NCBI GenBank assembly: GCA_963666365.2 | Contig: CAXXNF010000001.1 | Coordinates: 1,120,001 to 1,184,000, forward strand | DNA: 64,000 nucleotides | Origin: Syntrophales bacterium | GTDB taxonomy: Bacteria > Desulfobacterota > Syntrophia > Syntrophales > UBA2210 | Direction: 5' to 3' | Shown: positions 21,083-30,925 of the stretch, one piece after another | Numbering within the stretch: position 1 is the stretch's first letter | Layout of the letters: each line of letters opens with the position of its first letter | Program-made: the position numbers and the translations under genes | Notes under the pieces: generated by a model | What the model saw: the letters and a program-made list of their open reading frames with translations, nothing else | Database searches by the model: none | What the model was told of the DNA's origin: nothing

Positions 21083-21932
21083 AGCAGAGTCCCCTCTTTA
21101 ACAGCCATGGCTTCGATCGCTCAAAGTTCCTGCGCGCCACATCGGTGCGGGCAAAGCCTCCCGCATCAGGACCGGCAGCCGTATGCGCGCCGAGACTGTA
21201 CATAAGACAAAAGTTCCTGTATGCCGCTTCTATTTCGGCACTGAATCCCCGCGTGTCTTCCATGTGATTAATGGCGTTTTTGATCGTTCCCGTCCAGGAA
21301 GGGGCGGACAAATAATTGTCGGCAACGCGGGTTGCATATGCCAGGGTTTCTTTTTCCAACTGATCCGCCGGAAATGAGCGATTGACAAATCCGTAGGCGA
21401 GGGCCTCCGTGGTGGTAATGAACCGGTGTTCCAGAAGGATTTCCTTTGCCTTTCGCGGCCCCAGGTCCCAGGGAGCGGAAAAATATTCCACCAGCCCGGG
21501 CAGGAATCGAGCATCATCGGCAGCAAAGATAACATCCATGGCCGCCGCCAGCATCCACCCGGCGTATATGCAGTATCCATGAACCATGGCAACGGTGGGC
21601 TTCGGACAGTTACGCCACGCCAGGGTTTTTTTCACGAAATACTCGTACATATCGTCGACTTTCTTATGAAAATTTTTGTCCTGCGGTTTTGCAAGGTCCT
21701 TTGCCTCGCAGTAGCGAAGTTCCGCATCCGTTCCCAGGTCATGACCGGCAGAAAATGACCTGCCGGCGCCGGAAAGCACAATCGCCCCGCAGGCCCCATC
21801 GGATATCGCCGCATGAAAAGCCCGGTCCACTTCATCCAGCAATTGGTACCCTTGAGCATTCAAACATTCCGGCCTGTTGAACACGATGCGGGCCACATGT
21901 CCGGGTTGATAGACAATTTGTTCAAATTCCAT
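21075..21932 (-). CDS. Enoyl-CoA hydratase/isomerase family protein
   Basis: FNRPECLNA, FSAGHDL and PKPTVAMVHGYC crotonase motifs; ATG at 21932 with a GAAGGAG RBS. Confidence 0.9.
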   Translation of the reverse strand: MEFEQIVYQPGHVARIVFNRPECLNAQGYQLLDEVDRAFHAAISDGACGAIVLSGAGRSFSAGHDLGTDAELRYCEAKDLAKPQDKNFHKKVDDMYEYFVKKTLAWRNCPKPTVAMVHGYCIYAGWMLAAAMDVIFAADDARFLPGLVEYFSAPWDLGPRKAKEILLEHRFITTTEALAYGFVNRSFPADQLEKETLAYATRVADNYLSAPSWTGTIKNAINHMEDTRGFSAEIEAAYRNFCLMYSLGAHTAAGPDAGGFARTDVARRNFERSKPWLLKRGLCCE

Positions 21933-22087
21933 GAGCTCCTTCCTTTCTTGGCTGAAATGCCTCATCAAGGATCTTTACCGATGACCGTCAGTACCGATAC
22001 CTGTGTACTCTTACGGAACATATCAGTTTTTTCCGCAAAAAAGAAGAAAAAGCATCTCACCGAAGGCGCGGAGGACCGCCATTTCTC

Positions 22088-22115
22088 TTGACAGAACCAC
22101 GACAGAGTATATGCT
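22088..22115 (+). promoter_or_regulatory. Putative sigma70 promoter of ygiQ
   Basis: TTGACA-16 bp-TATGCT upstream of AAGGAG/ATG 22150. Confidence 0.5.
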
Positions 22116-22149
22116 CGAAATGATACAAACGATGCGTAAGGAGCACATC

Positions 22150-23835
22150 ATGTTTCTGCCCGCCACTCAAGATGAAATGAAGGCCCTTCGATGGAATGCC
22201 CTCGATGTGGTGCTGGTCACTGGCGACGCCTATATCGATTCTCCTTTTGTGGGAGTGGCGGTTATCGGTAAGGTGCTCCTTGATGCGGGGCTTCGCGTAG
22301 GAATTATTGCGCAGCCCGACACTGCCTCGGAACAGGATATCCGTTGCCTTGGCGAACCGGCCCTTTTCTGGGGGGTGACGGCAGGATGCATCGATTCCAT
22401 GGTGGCCAATTACACCGCCAGCGGACGACGGCGCAGAAGCGACGATTACACGCCGGGAAACAGGAACAGGCGCCGTCCCGATCGTGCCGCTATCGTCTAC
22501 AGCAATCTTATCAGGCATTATTTCAAGCACACCCGTCCCATCGTGCTCGGCGGCATCGAGGCGAGCCTGCGCCGCATTGCTCATTACGACTTCTGGTCCC
22601 ACCGGATTCGCCGATCCATTCTCTTCGATGCCAAAGCCGACTATCTGCTCTACGGCATGGCCGATCATTCCGTATGTGAACTGGCGGCCTGTCTCCGCGA
22701 CGGGAAGGATCCCCGCAACATCCGGGGGCTCTGCTACGCTTCGCCTACTCCGCCGGAAGGCGCCCTGACGCTTCCCTCTTTTGAGGAGGTTGCACATGAC
22801 AAGGGGGCCTTTCGGGATATGTTTCACCTCTTTTACCGGAATAACGACCCGGTCACGGGGCGTCCGCTGGTACAAAAGCAGGACAGCCGGTATCTCATTC
22901 AGACCCCCCCACCCCTTCCCCTTTCTCAACAGGCACTCGATTCGGTCCATGGACTCAGGTATGAGCGGGCGCTGCACCCCTTCCATCGCAAGGATGGGAC
23001 CGTAAAGGCCCTTGACACCATCGGCGCTTCCATTGCCACGCACCGCGGCTGTTACGGAGAGTGTCATTTTTGCTCCATTGCCGTTCATCAGGGACGCACC
23101 GTGACTTGGCGGAGCCGGGAGTCGATTGTGGCGGAGGCGAAAGAACTGGCGGCCCAGCCGGGATTCAAGGGAATCATTCGCGACGTGGGAGGACCCACGG
23201 CCAACATGTACGGCATCGAGTGCAGCCGAAAGGAAAAAGAGGGCGCCTGTCCCTCACAGCGCTGTCTTTTCCCAACGATCTGCCGGGGACTCCCCGTCGA
23301 TCACGGAGCACAAATAAGTCTCCTGAAGGAACTCAGATCGGTTGACGGGGTGAAAAAGGTATTTGTCGCCTCGGGAATCCGGCATGATATGATCCTGGCC
23401 GACACAGACCATGGCGTTGCCTACCTGGAGGAGCTGATCCGCCACCATGTATCGGGGCAGATGAAGATCGCGCCGGAACATTCGGAAGCCCGGGTCCTGG
23501 AGATGATGGGGAAACCGGGCCCCGAGGCACTGCTTCGTTTCAAGGCACTTTTTACCCGCCTGACGCAAAAGCACAAAAAAACGGCTTTTCTGACCTATTA
23601 TCTCATCGCCGCCCACCCCGGCTGCACCGATGACGATATGCGGCGTCTCAGATCGTTCGCCCTGAGGGAATTTCGGCTGCTGCCCGAACAGGTGCAGATC
23701 TTTACCCCCACGCCTTCAACCTATTCCACGCTCATGTACTGGACCGGCGAGAATCCCTTTGACGGCACGCCCTGTTTCGTGGAAACTTCCGTGAGGGGCA
23801 GAGAACAGCAAAAGCGAATGCTGGCGAAGGAGTGA
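22150..23835 (+). CDS. ygiQ: YgiQ-family radical SAM protein
   Basis: MFLP...VTGDAYID, GGIEASLRR and HRGCYGECHFC (CxxxCxxC) motifs, DVGGPTANMY, QIFTPTPST. Confidence 0.93.
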   Translation: MFLPATQDEMKALRWNALDVVLVTGDAYIDSPFVGVAVIGKVLLDAGLRVGIIAQPDTASEQDIRCLGEPALFWGVTAGCIDSMVANYTASGRRRRSDDYTPGNRNRRRPDRAAIVYSNLIRHYFKHTRPIVLGGIEASLRRIAHYDFWSHRIRRSILFDAKADYLLYGMADHSVCELAACLRDGKDPRNIRGLCYASPTPPEGALTLPSFEEVAHDKGAFRDMFHLFYRNNDPVTGRPLVQKQDSRYLIQTPPPLPLSQQALDSVHGLRYERALHPFHRKDGTVKALDTIGASIATHRGCYGECHFCSIAVHQGRTVTWRSRESIVAEAKELAAQPGFKGIIRDVGGPTANMYGIECSRKEKEGACPSQRCLFPTICRGLPVDHGAQISLLKELRSVDGVKKVFVASGIRHDMILADTDHGVAYLEELIRHHVSGQMKIAPEHSEARVLEMMGKPGPEALLRFKALFTRLTQKHKKTAFLTYYLIAAHPGCTDDDMRRLRSFALREFRLLPEQVQIFTPTPSTYSTLMYWTGENPFDGTPCFVETSVRGREQQKRMLAKE

Positions 23836-23838
23836 ACG

Positions 23839-25377
23839 ATGGGCTACCGTGAAATCACGTGCAGCATGCCGACCGAGTATGGTGAGGACGAACTGCGACG
23901 GGCCATCAGGAGTACACTCGGCGTCAGTGATTTTTCCTTTAGGATCGAGGGCAAGAGCCTCGATGCGCGGAAGAAGCAGGACATTCACTGGGTTCTTCGC
24001 ATCGCAGTGCTTTCGGAAGAACTCAAAGGGGGCGAGCCTCCCCCGCGACCGGCACTCTCAATCCCCTTTCGCAAAAGAAACAGGAAGGTGCTGGTAACAG
24101 GGAGCGGTCCCGCCGGTTTTTTTGCCGCCTATGTGCTTCAGAAAGCAGGATTTCATACCGTCATTATCGAGCGTGGCGCCGAGGTAAAGACGCGGGCCCT
24201 CGGCATCAGGGACTTTGAAGCGGGCGGACCCTTCAATCCGACCTGCAATTACGCCTTCGGCGAGGGGGGCGCCGGCGCCTTTTCCGACGGGAAGCTTACA
24301 TCCCGTTCGAAACATATTTCCAGGGAGAAGGAATTTATCCTGGAAAGCTATATCCGTGCCGGAGCTCCTGAAGAGATCCGCTATATGGCCCACCCCCACC
24401 TGGGAAGCGACAACCTGAAGACTATAGTGCGCAATCTGCGCAGGGCCTATATGAACAGCGGCGGTACGATCCTGTTCGAAACATCGCTCCTTGACATCAG
24501 GGTAGTGCGCGGCCGCGTCATGGAAGCGGAAACCTCTACGGGCATCTATGAAACCGATTACTGCATTGTCGCACCGGGTCACTCCGCCTATGATACCTAC
24601 CGCATGCTGATACAAAAGGGGGCGCCCTTTCAGATTAAAAATTTCGCTCTCGGATCACGTGTGGAGCATTCCCAGGAACTGATCAATCGCGCCCAGTGGG
24701 GACGGGCCGAGCTGCCGGGGGTAAAGGCCGCCGAATACCGGCTTACCTCAAAGGGGGATGGAATACTGCCCGTTTATACCTTCTGCATGTGTCCCGGCGG
24801 CGTGGTGGTGCCTGCCACCGCCTACGGGCATACCAACATCGTGAATGGCATGAGCCGCTATAAAAGAAACGGCGCCTTCGCAAACGCGGCCTGTGTGGCG
24901 GCCGTAAATCCCGAAGCGCTTAGAGGGCAAAAGACCGACCCCCTGGAGGTCCTCCAGTGGCTCGAAGAGCTGGAAGAAAAATTTTTTCACTATGCCGGGG
25001 GATTTTGTGCACCCTCCTGCTCCATCAAAAATTTTATAACCAAGGAAGAACCTTCCACGAGTGTCGCAACAAGCTATCCCCTGGGATTGAAACCGGCGGC
25101 CCTGTGGAATCTGCTGCCTGCACCGGTAGGCTCAGCCATTCGTGAAGGATTGAAACATTTTTCCCGCAAGCTACGGGGATTTGAAAAAGGAACCATCATG
25201 GGGCTTGAAAGCAAGACCTCTTCACCGATCCAGGCATTGAGGGAACAGGGCGGACGCTGCCGAGGCTTTGAAAATCTTTTTCTTGTAGGTGAGGGAAGCG
25301 GGTGGACCGGCGGCATCATTTCGAGCGGCGCCGACGGCATCAGGACCGCACTTCACATTATCGATCACGCGAAATAG
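23839..25377 (+). CDS. Uncharacterised FAD-dependent oxidoreductase
   Basis: GSGPAG, FGEGGAGAFSDGKL, YTFCMCPGG, VNGMS and GEGSGWTGGIISSGADG motifs. Confidence 0.88.
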   Translation: MGYREITCSMPTEYGEDELRRAIRSTLGVSDFSFRIEGKSLDARKKQDIHWVLRIAVLSEELKGGEPPPRPALSIPFRKRNRKVLVTGSGPAGFFAAYVLQKAGFHTVIIERGAEVKTRALGIRDFEAGGPFNPTCNYAFGEGGAGAFSDGKLTSRSKHISREKEFILESYIRAGAPEEIRYMAHPHLGSDNLKTIVRNLRRAYMNSGGTILFETSLLDIRVVRGRVMEAETSTGIYETDYCIVAPGHSAYDTYRMLIQKGAPFQIKNFALGSRVEHSQELINRAQWGRAELPGVKAAEYRLTSKGDGILPVYTFCMCPGGVVVPATAYGHTNIVNGMSRYKRNGAFANAACVAAVNPEALRGQKTDPLEVLQWLEELEEKFFHYAGGFCAPSCSIKNFITKEEPSTSVATSYPLGLKPAALWNLLPAPVGSAIREGLKHFSRKLRGFEKGTIMGLESKTSSPIQALREQGGRCRGFENLFLVGEGSGWTGGIISSGADGIRTALHIIDHAK

Positions 25378-25401
25378 CTTCCCGGGAATTGTTTCCACCG
25401 A

Positions 25402-25454
25402 CCGATTATAGGGGGGCATATGGTCTAAGCATAAGTGGGAACTGGATTCAACCA
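25402..25454 (+). repeat. Left end: target duplication plus two degenerate transposase-binding repeats
   Basis: CCGAT|TATAG. ATGGTCT at offset 14 and CTGGATTCAACCA at offset 36 align with ATGGTTTGTCCCA at the same offsets of the reverse-complemented right end. A further copy, TGGTTTGGCCCA, lies at 25560-25571. Confidence 0.7.
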
Positions 25455-25835
25455 CACTTATTGCAGCTCTATTGCGCGCCCGTACCAAGCATTATAAATT
25501 ATAATCAGTTGGTTAGAAAATAGCGAAGTGGAATTTATTAGCAAGGCGGCTCTTAGGTTTGGTTTGGCCCATTTTTATAAAAATTCCCGTATTTTGATAT
25601 TTTTGTCAAATGGTATGCCATTTCAAATATTTTACCGCAATATTGCAACACAATAAAATCACTTTTAAAATTGACAACACCCCTTCTCTCAACAGGAATT
25701 AAGTGGGAACATGGGTACAATATACTGGGAACACAAACCGGAAACAGAATAAATATATTATAACTTAATGATATTACATCGAATTTATTTAGTTTTATCT
25801 AGGTGACTATAAATTATTCTGGAAACTATATAAAT

Positions 25836-26321
25836 TTACAAGTTGCTGTTCTCAGTACCATCGGTTTTCAAGATTGATGCAACCTCCTTCTGTAATTCAC
25901 CAAGCTGGTTTTCAACACTCTTTATCTGCTTTTTAAGCTCCGCAATTTTAGGACTGTTGTTTTTAATATCTATTTCATAATCACCGAAAATACCCATAAA
26001 ACGTTTTGTACTAAACATTAGAAGGTTTAAATTTTTTATTAGCGAGTCAAGCCTAATGTCTTCCAGGGCGATGTCTAGTATCCCTAATTCTTCAGTGGAG
26101 GTCAACCCGTCACCCATTGGCCCCTCTCCATAACGCAACCACTTTTCACTAAGATCATAGACGTTGCAAATTAACTCAATTAATTTATCCGATGGAAGCA
26201 TGCCACCCGTTTCCACTTTGGAAATAAGAGGCTGATCTACCTTAAGGCTGTTAGCAAACGCTTTTTGCGACACCTTAAGCATACTTCTTAAACTATGTAT
26301 TCTTTTACCAATATCAGACAC
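25836..26321 (-). CDS. XRE/Cro-C1 HTH repressor, divergent from ner
   Basis: IGKRIHSLRSMLKVSQKAFANSLKVDQPLISKVETG...WLRYGEGPM; occupies the position of Mu c. Confidence 0.88.
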   Translation of the reverse strand: MSDIGKRIHSLRSMLKVSQKAFANSLKVDQPLISKVETGGMLPSDKLIELICNVYDLSEKWLRYGEGPMGDGLTSTEELGILDIALEDIRLDSLIKNLNLLMFSTKRFMGIFGDYEIDIKNNSPKIAELKKQIKSVENQLGELQKEVASILKTDGTENSNL

Positions 26322-26340
26322 TTAAAAACCTTCCTTCAAA

Positions 26341-26391
26341 AACCATAACCACCATATTTTATCTTGACATTATGGTAATTATGGGTATAAT
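26341..26391 (+). promoter_or_regulatory. Consensus sigma70 early promoter with operator-like ACCATA/TATGG repeats
   Basis: TTGACA (26364-26369), 16 bp, TATAAT (26386-26391). ACCATA occurs twice upstream and TATGG twice within the spacer. Confidence 0.8.
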
Positions 26392-26401
26392 CATAGTTAC
26401 G

Positions 26402-26749
26402 ATGAAAAAGAAAACAAAAAAACCCTCAAATATTCAATGGGAACTAATTAAAACCTTGCTTTTGGCTCGCGGCTATTCACTTGCCGATCTTGCCCGTCTG
26501 TATGGGGTAAATCCTGCTTGTTTCCGGTATGTAAAAAAAATACCTTACCCCAAAATTGAAAAAATTATAGCCAGTTACCTTGGCGTTAAACCCCAGGACA
26601 TATGGCCTGAACGATACGACGAAAACGGAAAGCCCAACAGAATTAACCAATGGTACTTGAGGGGCTCCCGTAAGGTGCAAGATACCACAATTGCAGAAGA
26701 ACAAAAAAGCAAAAATACCAAAAAGACAACAGAGGCGGACGGGCAATAA
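26402..26749 (+). CDS. ner: Ner-like DNA-binding protein
   Basis: IKTLLLARGYSLADLARLYG...PYPKIEKIIASYLGVKPQDIWPERY is the Ner/Nlp signature. Start moved to 26402 because the 26372 start lies inside the promoter. Confidence 0.88.
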   Translation: MKKKTKKPSNIQWELIKTLLLARGYSLADLARLYGVNPACFRYVKKIPYPKIEKIIASYLGVKPQDIWPERYDENGKPNRINQWYLRGSRKVQDTTIAEEQKSKNTKKTTEADGQ

Positions 26750-26750
26750 T

Positions 26751-28844
26751 ATGCAACAATGTGACTGGTATACCGCGCAAGAGTTAGCCGATATGAATTT
26801 GCCCGGCATTCCCAATACAAAACGAGGTGTTAATAAATTCGCGTCTAAACATGCGTGGCCTTTCAGGAAACGAAAAGGAAAAGGCGGCGGTCGTGAATTT
26901 AACATCCATTCCATCCCCCATGCGGCGTTAACTGCATATATGCAATCAAACTTTCCACTCAATCAAATAACACACGCCCAGGACCGCAATTCCAATGACG
27001 ATATAGATTGCATTGCATATGCTAACGCCCCTGAATACAACAGAAAAATAGCCGACAAATATTTAAAATGGATCAGGCGCTTTGACGGTTTGTGTGGCAC
27101 CGAATTGAAAAGCGCCATCAGGCAAGAACAGAAGCTAAATCCCAATATCGACGTGCCGAGCTATCGTCGCCTTAATGCGTCAAGAAAAATATACGAACGT
27201 GAAGGCGTAGAAGGTCTTCTTGGGAGTTATGGCAATCGGGCGGGCAAAAGCAAGATACGCCCGGAATGGCAAAAGCATTTTAACTCATTGTATTTAACTG
27301 AAAAATTGCTTTCCGTTCGGGCATGTTGGAAAATGACATTAGGGAAATTTTGCAATGATAAAGAAGGGGCATCTTCCTTTCCCTCACCTACGGCCTTCCA
27401 AAGACGGCTTGAACAACAATTCCCGAAGTCTGCGATATATCTACATCGGTATGGCTTTAAAAAATGGAATCGAAAGTTCGGAAATTATATCCCCCGCGAC
27501 ATTTCCGATCTTAAGGCGGGTCAATGCTGGGTAGCAGATCACGCCCAACTTGATATATTTGTCAGGTTGAAAAACGGAAAGGTGGTTGCCCCCTGGGTGA
27601 CTGCCTGGATCGATGCAAAGTCAACAAAAGGATTAAGCGCACTACTTCACCCCGATCCGCCCAATTCTGACCATGTATTTCAAAGCTTTCATCACGCTGC
27701 AATTAAATTCGGTCTGCCTGAGTGTATCTACCTCGACAACGGGAAAGACTACCGATGCAGAGACTTTGCCGGAAAACCCCAAAAACATACAGTCAATATT
27801 GACGAAGCACAAACGACAACGATGATGTCTCTTTTGAATGTTGAGGTAATTTTTGCCATTCCGTACAATGCCCAAGCGAAACCAATAGAACGCACCTTTT
27901 TGAAATTTAAAGAGTCTTTTTCGAAAAACTTTGAGACATATCGGGGGGGTAATGTTATAGAGCGCCCCGAAACCCTCCTTCAAAAAATCAAAAATGGCGA
28001 ATCTGTCTATTTTGAAGAATTTGAACGCTGCTTTAATGAGTATGTCTTTGAAATATATAACAAAACACCGTCACACGGAAGGTATTTGCAGGGACGTTCA
28101 CCAGACGACCAATGGAATAGCGAATCTCCTATAAAACGCATGGTTTCAAAAGAAGCGTTAAAACTATTCTGTATGCGTACCTCAAAGCCTGTTGTTATTG
28201 GTCGTAACGGGATCAATGACGGAGACTTTGGGGTAAGTTATTGGTCTGATTGGATGATACATTATAAGGGCCGCAAGGTTTACGTTCGCAGGGATATTAA
28301 GGACTTTAACGAAGCCTGGGTATTTAGCGCGGAAACGGACGAATATCTTGGCAATGCCTTTCTTGTTGGATTGGTGCCGTTTCTTGCAAAAACTCCGACC
28401 GAGAAAAAAATTCTAAAGGAATTGATGGCTGAAAAGCGCCGTGAGGTTAAGCTGCTCCGCGAGTTAGGAAAATCTGATTACGTTCCTTCCGTTCAGGAAA
28501 GGCTGACTCACCTAAAAAAGGCAACTATGCTTCTTAGCCCTGAACCGGTCCCCGAAGGACAACAAAACGTTGTGTTGCTCGCTAATACTAAGATGGATAA
28601 AGTTGCACTGGCAAAAAAACAACACGCAAAATCATTGGAGATCAAGGAAAAATTTCTTGATAAATTGTACCCGAAAAGCCAGGGCACAGACAATTCTAAT
28701 GTAAAAGTACCCGATATGTTTGATAGATTTGCAATGGAGCCGATGCCTAACGTTACCCGCGACCAGGAAGAGGAAAAGCCGGAATATAATTTTTTTGAGC
28801 TGTTGGGGAAGGTGAATAAACAAAAATCACAAGGCGGCATTTAG
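26751..28844 (+). CDS. MuA-like DDE transposase
   Basis: N-terminal Mu-type DNA-binding domain (WYTAQELA..LPGIP..KRGV...RKRKGKGGGREF). Catalytic core WVADHAQLD...YLDNGKDY...NAQAKPIERTF. Mu-transposase-like C-terminal region. Confidence 0.93.
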   Translation: MQQCDWYTAQELADMNLPGIPNTKRGVNKFASKHAWPFRKRKGKGGGREFNIHSIPHAALTAYMQSNFPLNQITHAQDRNSNDDIDCIAYANAPEYNRKIADKYLKWIRRFDGLCGTELKSAIRQEQKLNPNIDVPSYRRLNASRKIYEREGVEGLLGSYGNRAGKSKIRPEWQKHFNSLYLTEKLLSVRACWKMTLGKFCNDKEGASSFPSPTAFQRRLEQQFPKSAIYLHRYGFKKWNRKFGNYIPRDISDLKAGQCWVADHAQLDIFVRLKNGKVVAPWVTAWIDAKSTKGLSALLHPDPPNSDHVFQSFHHAAIKFGLPECIYLDNGKDYRCRDFAGKPQKHTVNIDEAQTTTMMSLLNVEVIFAIPYNAQAKPIERTFLKFKESFSKNFETYRGGNVIERPETLLQKIKNGESVYFEEFERCFNEYVFEIYNKTPSHGRYLQGRSPDDQWNSESPIKRMVSKEALKLFCMRTSKPVVIGRNGINDGDFGVSYWSDWMIHYKGRKVYVRRDIKDFNEAWVFSAETDEYLGNAFLVGLVPFLAKTPTEKKILKELMAEKRREVKLLRELGKSDYVPSVQERLTHLKKATMLLSPEPVPEGQQNVVLLANTKMDKVALAKKQHAKSLEIKEKFLDKLYPKSQGTDNSNVKVPDMFDRFAMEPMPNVTRDQEEEKPEYNFFELLGKVNKQKSQGGI

Positions 28845-28855
28845 AGGAGGTCAAT

Positions 28856-29830
28856 GTGGCTGCTCAAGCTGTTGCGAAAAAGGAAAATACTCTCCAAGAG
28901 ATACCGGAATATGGTTATTATACAAGACTTTCCAGGCGGTTTAGTTACACAATCAGAAGCCGCAATAACCCTTTTTCGTGGACTAGCCTTGCATTTCTTA
29001 TGAATAGGCCAGCTATGCAAATCAAACAATTTGCAGAGGGCATTTTTGATGATTATCTTTCTCCGATGATTGCCAAAGACGTTGAAGCCTTCCTGGTAAA
29101 ATATGAAACAGAGGAAACCCGCTTTGAGGATGATATATGTCAAACCTCTTTTTACACAGAAATATTTCAAACATGCCAATTTGCACGTGATTCCGTAGAC
29201 ATGGCCATCATTGACGGACAGGCGGGATCGGGAAAATCTGTTGCTTTGAGAGATTTTAAACGGCGTGATCCGCTTGCAATCATGATTACTCTTGACCCAT
29301 TGACAAAAGCACCCTCGACAGTTTTACCGCTTATAGGCAAACAGGTTCCCGTGAACACGTCAGATGCAAATAAATCGCAAATATTACAAAACATTATAGG
29401 GGCGCTTACAAACAGCAAACGCCTATTGATAGTCGATGAAGCGCACTTTTGCTCATGGGAGACATTAGAAACGCTTCGTCGCATTCATGATGCGGCGCAA
29501 GTAGGCGTTATTTTGTGTGGTCAAGAGCGCCTTTATAAGCAAATGAAAGACCCTAAATCAGGGTATCTGTGGGATCAGATCAGCTCACGTATTGGCATAA
29601 GGGCCACCCTTAAAAATATCAGAAGTGAAGATACGGAAATGATATGCCTTCGGTTGTGTCCAGGGCTTGACCCTAAGTGTTTGAAATATTTACATCAAAT
29701 AGCGCAAGATTCGGGCCGGTTCAGACTCGTTGCAAAAATACTCAAAAAAGCAATCAAGTTTGCAGACATTGACAAAGAAGCCGTGTCTTATGAGCTTATT
29801 CAAAGCATTGCGGCACAACATATTCTATAA
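28856..29830 (+). CDS. MuB-like AAA+ transposition ATPase
   Basis: Walker A GQAGSGKS, Walker B LLIVDEAH, LETLRRIHD and QISSRIG; GGAGG RBS; directly follows the transposase. Confidence 0.92.
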   Translation: MAAQAVAKKENTLQEIPEYGYYTRLSRRFSYTIRSRNNPFSWTSLAFLMNRPAMQIKQFAEGIFDDYLSPMIAKDVEAFLVKYETEETRFEDDICQTSFYTEIFQTCQFARDSVDMAIIDGQAGSGKSVALRDFKRRDPLAIMITLDPLTKAPSTVLPLIGKQVPVNTSDANKSQILQNIIGALTNSKRLLIVDEAHFCSWETLETLRRIHDAAQVGVILCGQERLYKQMKDPKSGYLWDQISSRIGIRATLKNIRSEDTEMICLRLCPGLDPKCLKYLHQIAQDSGRFRLVAKILKKAIKFADIDKEAVSYELIQSIAAQHIL

Positions 29831-29846
29831 ACAGAGGGCTTATTTT

Positions 29847-30164
29847 ATGAAAAAAGAATTATCGCCAGAAGCACAGCGGGCTTTACGACGCCTAAAAACG
29901 GATGAAATTGAAGCGATACAAAAAAGCAATCCTTTCCGCAATGAACGAAACGAGGCGATTTATAGCTTAAGAAAACTAGGGCTAAAACATTCCATTCTTT
30001 CAGAGATTACGGGTATTTCCCTTACTCAAATGAAAAAGATTTGTCCAGGAAAACGCCGCGAAGAACAAAAGCAATTAGGGGCATTACAAGCGGGTATAGG
30101 ACCGCTCACCGAGGAAATCATAGCCTTAAGGGAGGCGATAGAAGAGTCGTTAAAGAACCGATGA
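29847..30164 (+). CDS. Small HTH protein, possibly a Mor/C-like activator
   Basis: RNERNEAIYSLRKLGLKHSILSEITGISLTQMKKI looks like an HTH; GAGGG RBS. Confidence 0.55.
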   Translation: MKKELSPEAQRALRRLKTDEIEAIQKSNPFRNERNEAIYSLRKLGLKHSILSEITGISLTQMKKICPGKRREEQKQLGALQAGIGPLTEEIIALREAIEESLKNR

Positions 30165-30292
30165 TCCACTATTCAAACGCGCAAATACATATCAAATTAC
30201 CGACTAACACACTTTAGGCTTGGGTTTTAGTGCCGATTGAAATGATTTTAATTACGTTTCCTTATTGAAAACTAAAACTGAAAGGGAGGTAA

Positions 30293-30802
30293 GTGACTAT
30301 GGGGCATGAATTTTTAAAGACCGAAAAATGTGAGGAAGTACCTTTTGTTTCTGGCAGTTTGATAGACGACCTTGACGCTTGGTCCCGGAAATTGCAGGTA
30401 CTTGGGGGAGCAGTGAGTACAATTGCATGGTATAAGAGCAGAAATGTTGATAGTGATTGCTTTTTTGAGACCCAGGGCGAAACTTTGGGGCAGATTATTG
30501 AAGACTACGCCAAAGCCATAGAATTAACCATAGAGAAAAACGCCGCTATCTTTTCCGACCGAAAAGAAAATATCGATATTTTGATTAAGGGGTGTCAAGA
30601 AACCTATGATATTGTAAGTAAAAACCGTCACATTTCTGATATATGCGCGATAGATCGCCGGGTAGCGGAACTTGATGAATTTTTAAAGGGTGCGCTTGTC
30701 CCGGCAATGCGCTTGAAAAACAACTTTGAAACCCTAAAAAGGGAGATTCTTGCAATCAATAAAAAAGCCCCCGAAGCTGTGGCGGCAGCAGAAGGAGCCT
30801 AG
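30293..30802 (+). CDS. Hypothetical helical protein of the element
   Basis: 169-aa ORF with a strong GGGAGGT RBS; no family recognised. Confidence 0.7.
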   Translation: MTMGHEFLKTEKCEEVPFVSGSLIDDLDAWSRKLQVLGGAVSTIAWYKSRNVDSDCFFETQGETLGQIIEDYAKAIELTIEKNAAIFSDRKENIDILIKGCQETYDIVSKNRHISDICAIDRRVAELDEFLKGALVPAMRLKNNFETLKREILAINKKAPEAVAAAEGA

Positions 30803-30869
30803 GAAAAGGGACTTGAATAATCCCGTAAGCTGAAAATACTTTTAACGTAAAAAGAAAATGAAATCAAAA

Positions 30870-30925
30870 TGTTCCGGCTAGGGTAGCTCCCGAAAAGGCG
30901 GTTTCCTCGCCGCCTTGCCGGAACA
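30870..30925 (+). ncRNA. Putative C4-family (c4-2-like) phage regulatory RNA
   Basis: Closing stem TGTTCCGGC/GCCGGAACA encloses hairpins GGG-TAGCT-CCC and AAGGCGG-TTTCCTCG-CCGCCTT. Partly complementary sites GGGGCAACC and TGAGGGG lie at 30936-30952. The family assignment is from recall of phage motifs, not a search. Confidence 0.55.

Noticed and set aside
25411..25490. GGGGGGCATATGGTCTAAG looks like a tRNA 5' end and possible integration site
   Set aside because: There is no T-arm (GTTCRA), acceptor-stem complement or CCA. The sequence is better explained as the transposon left end.
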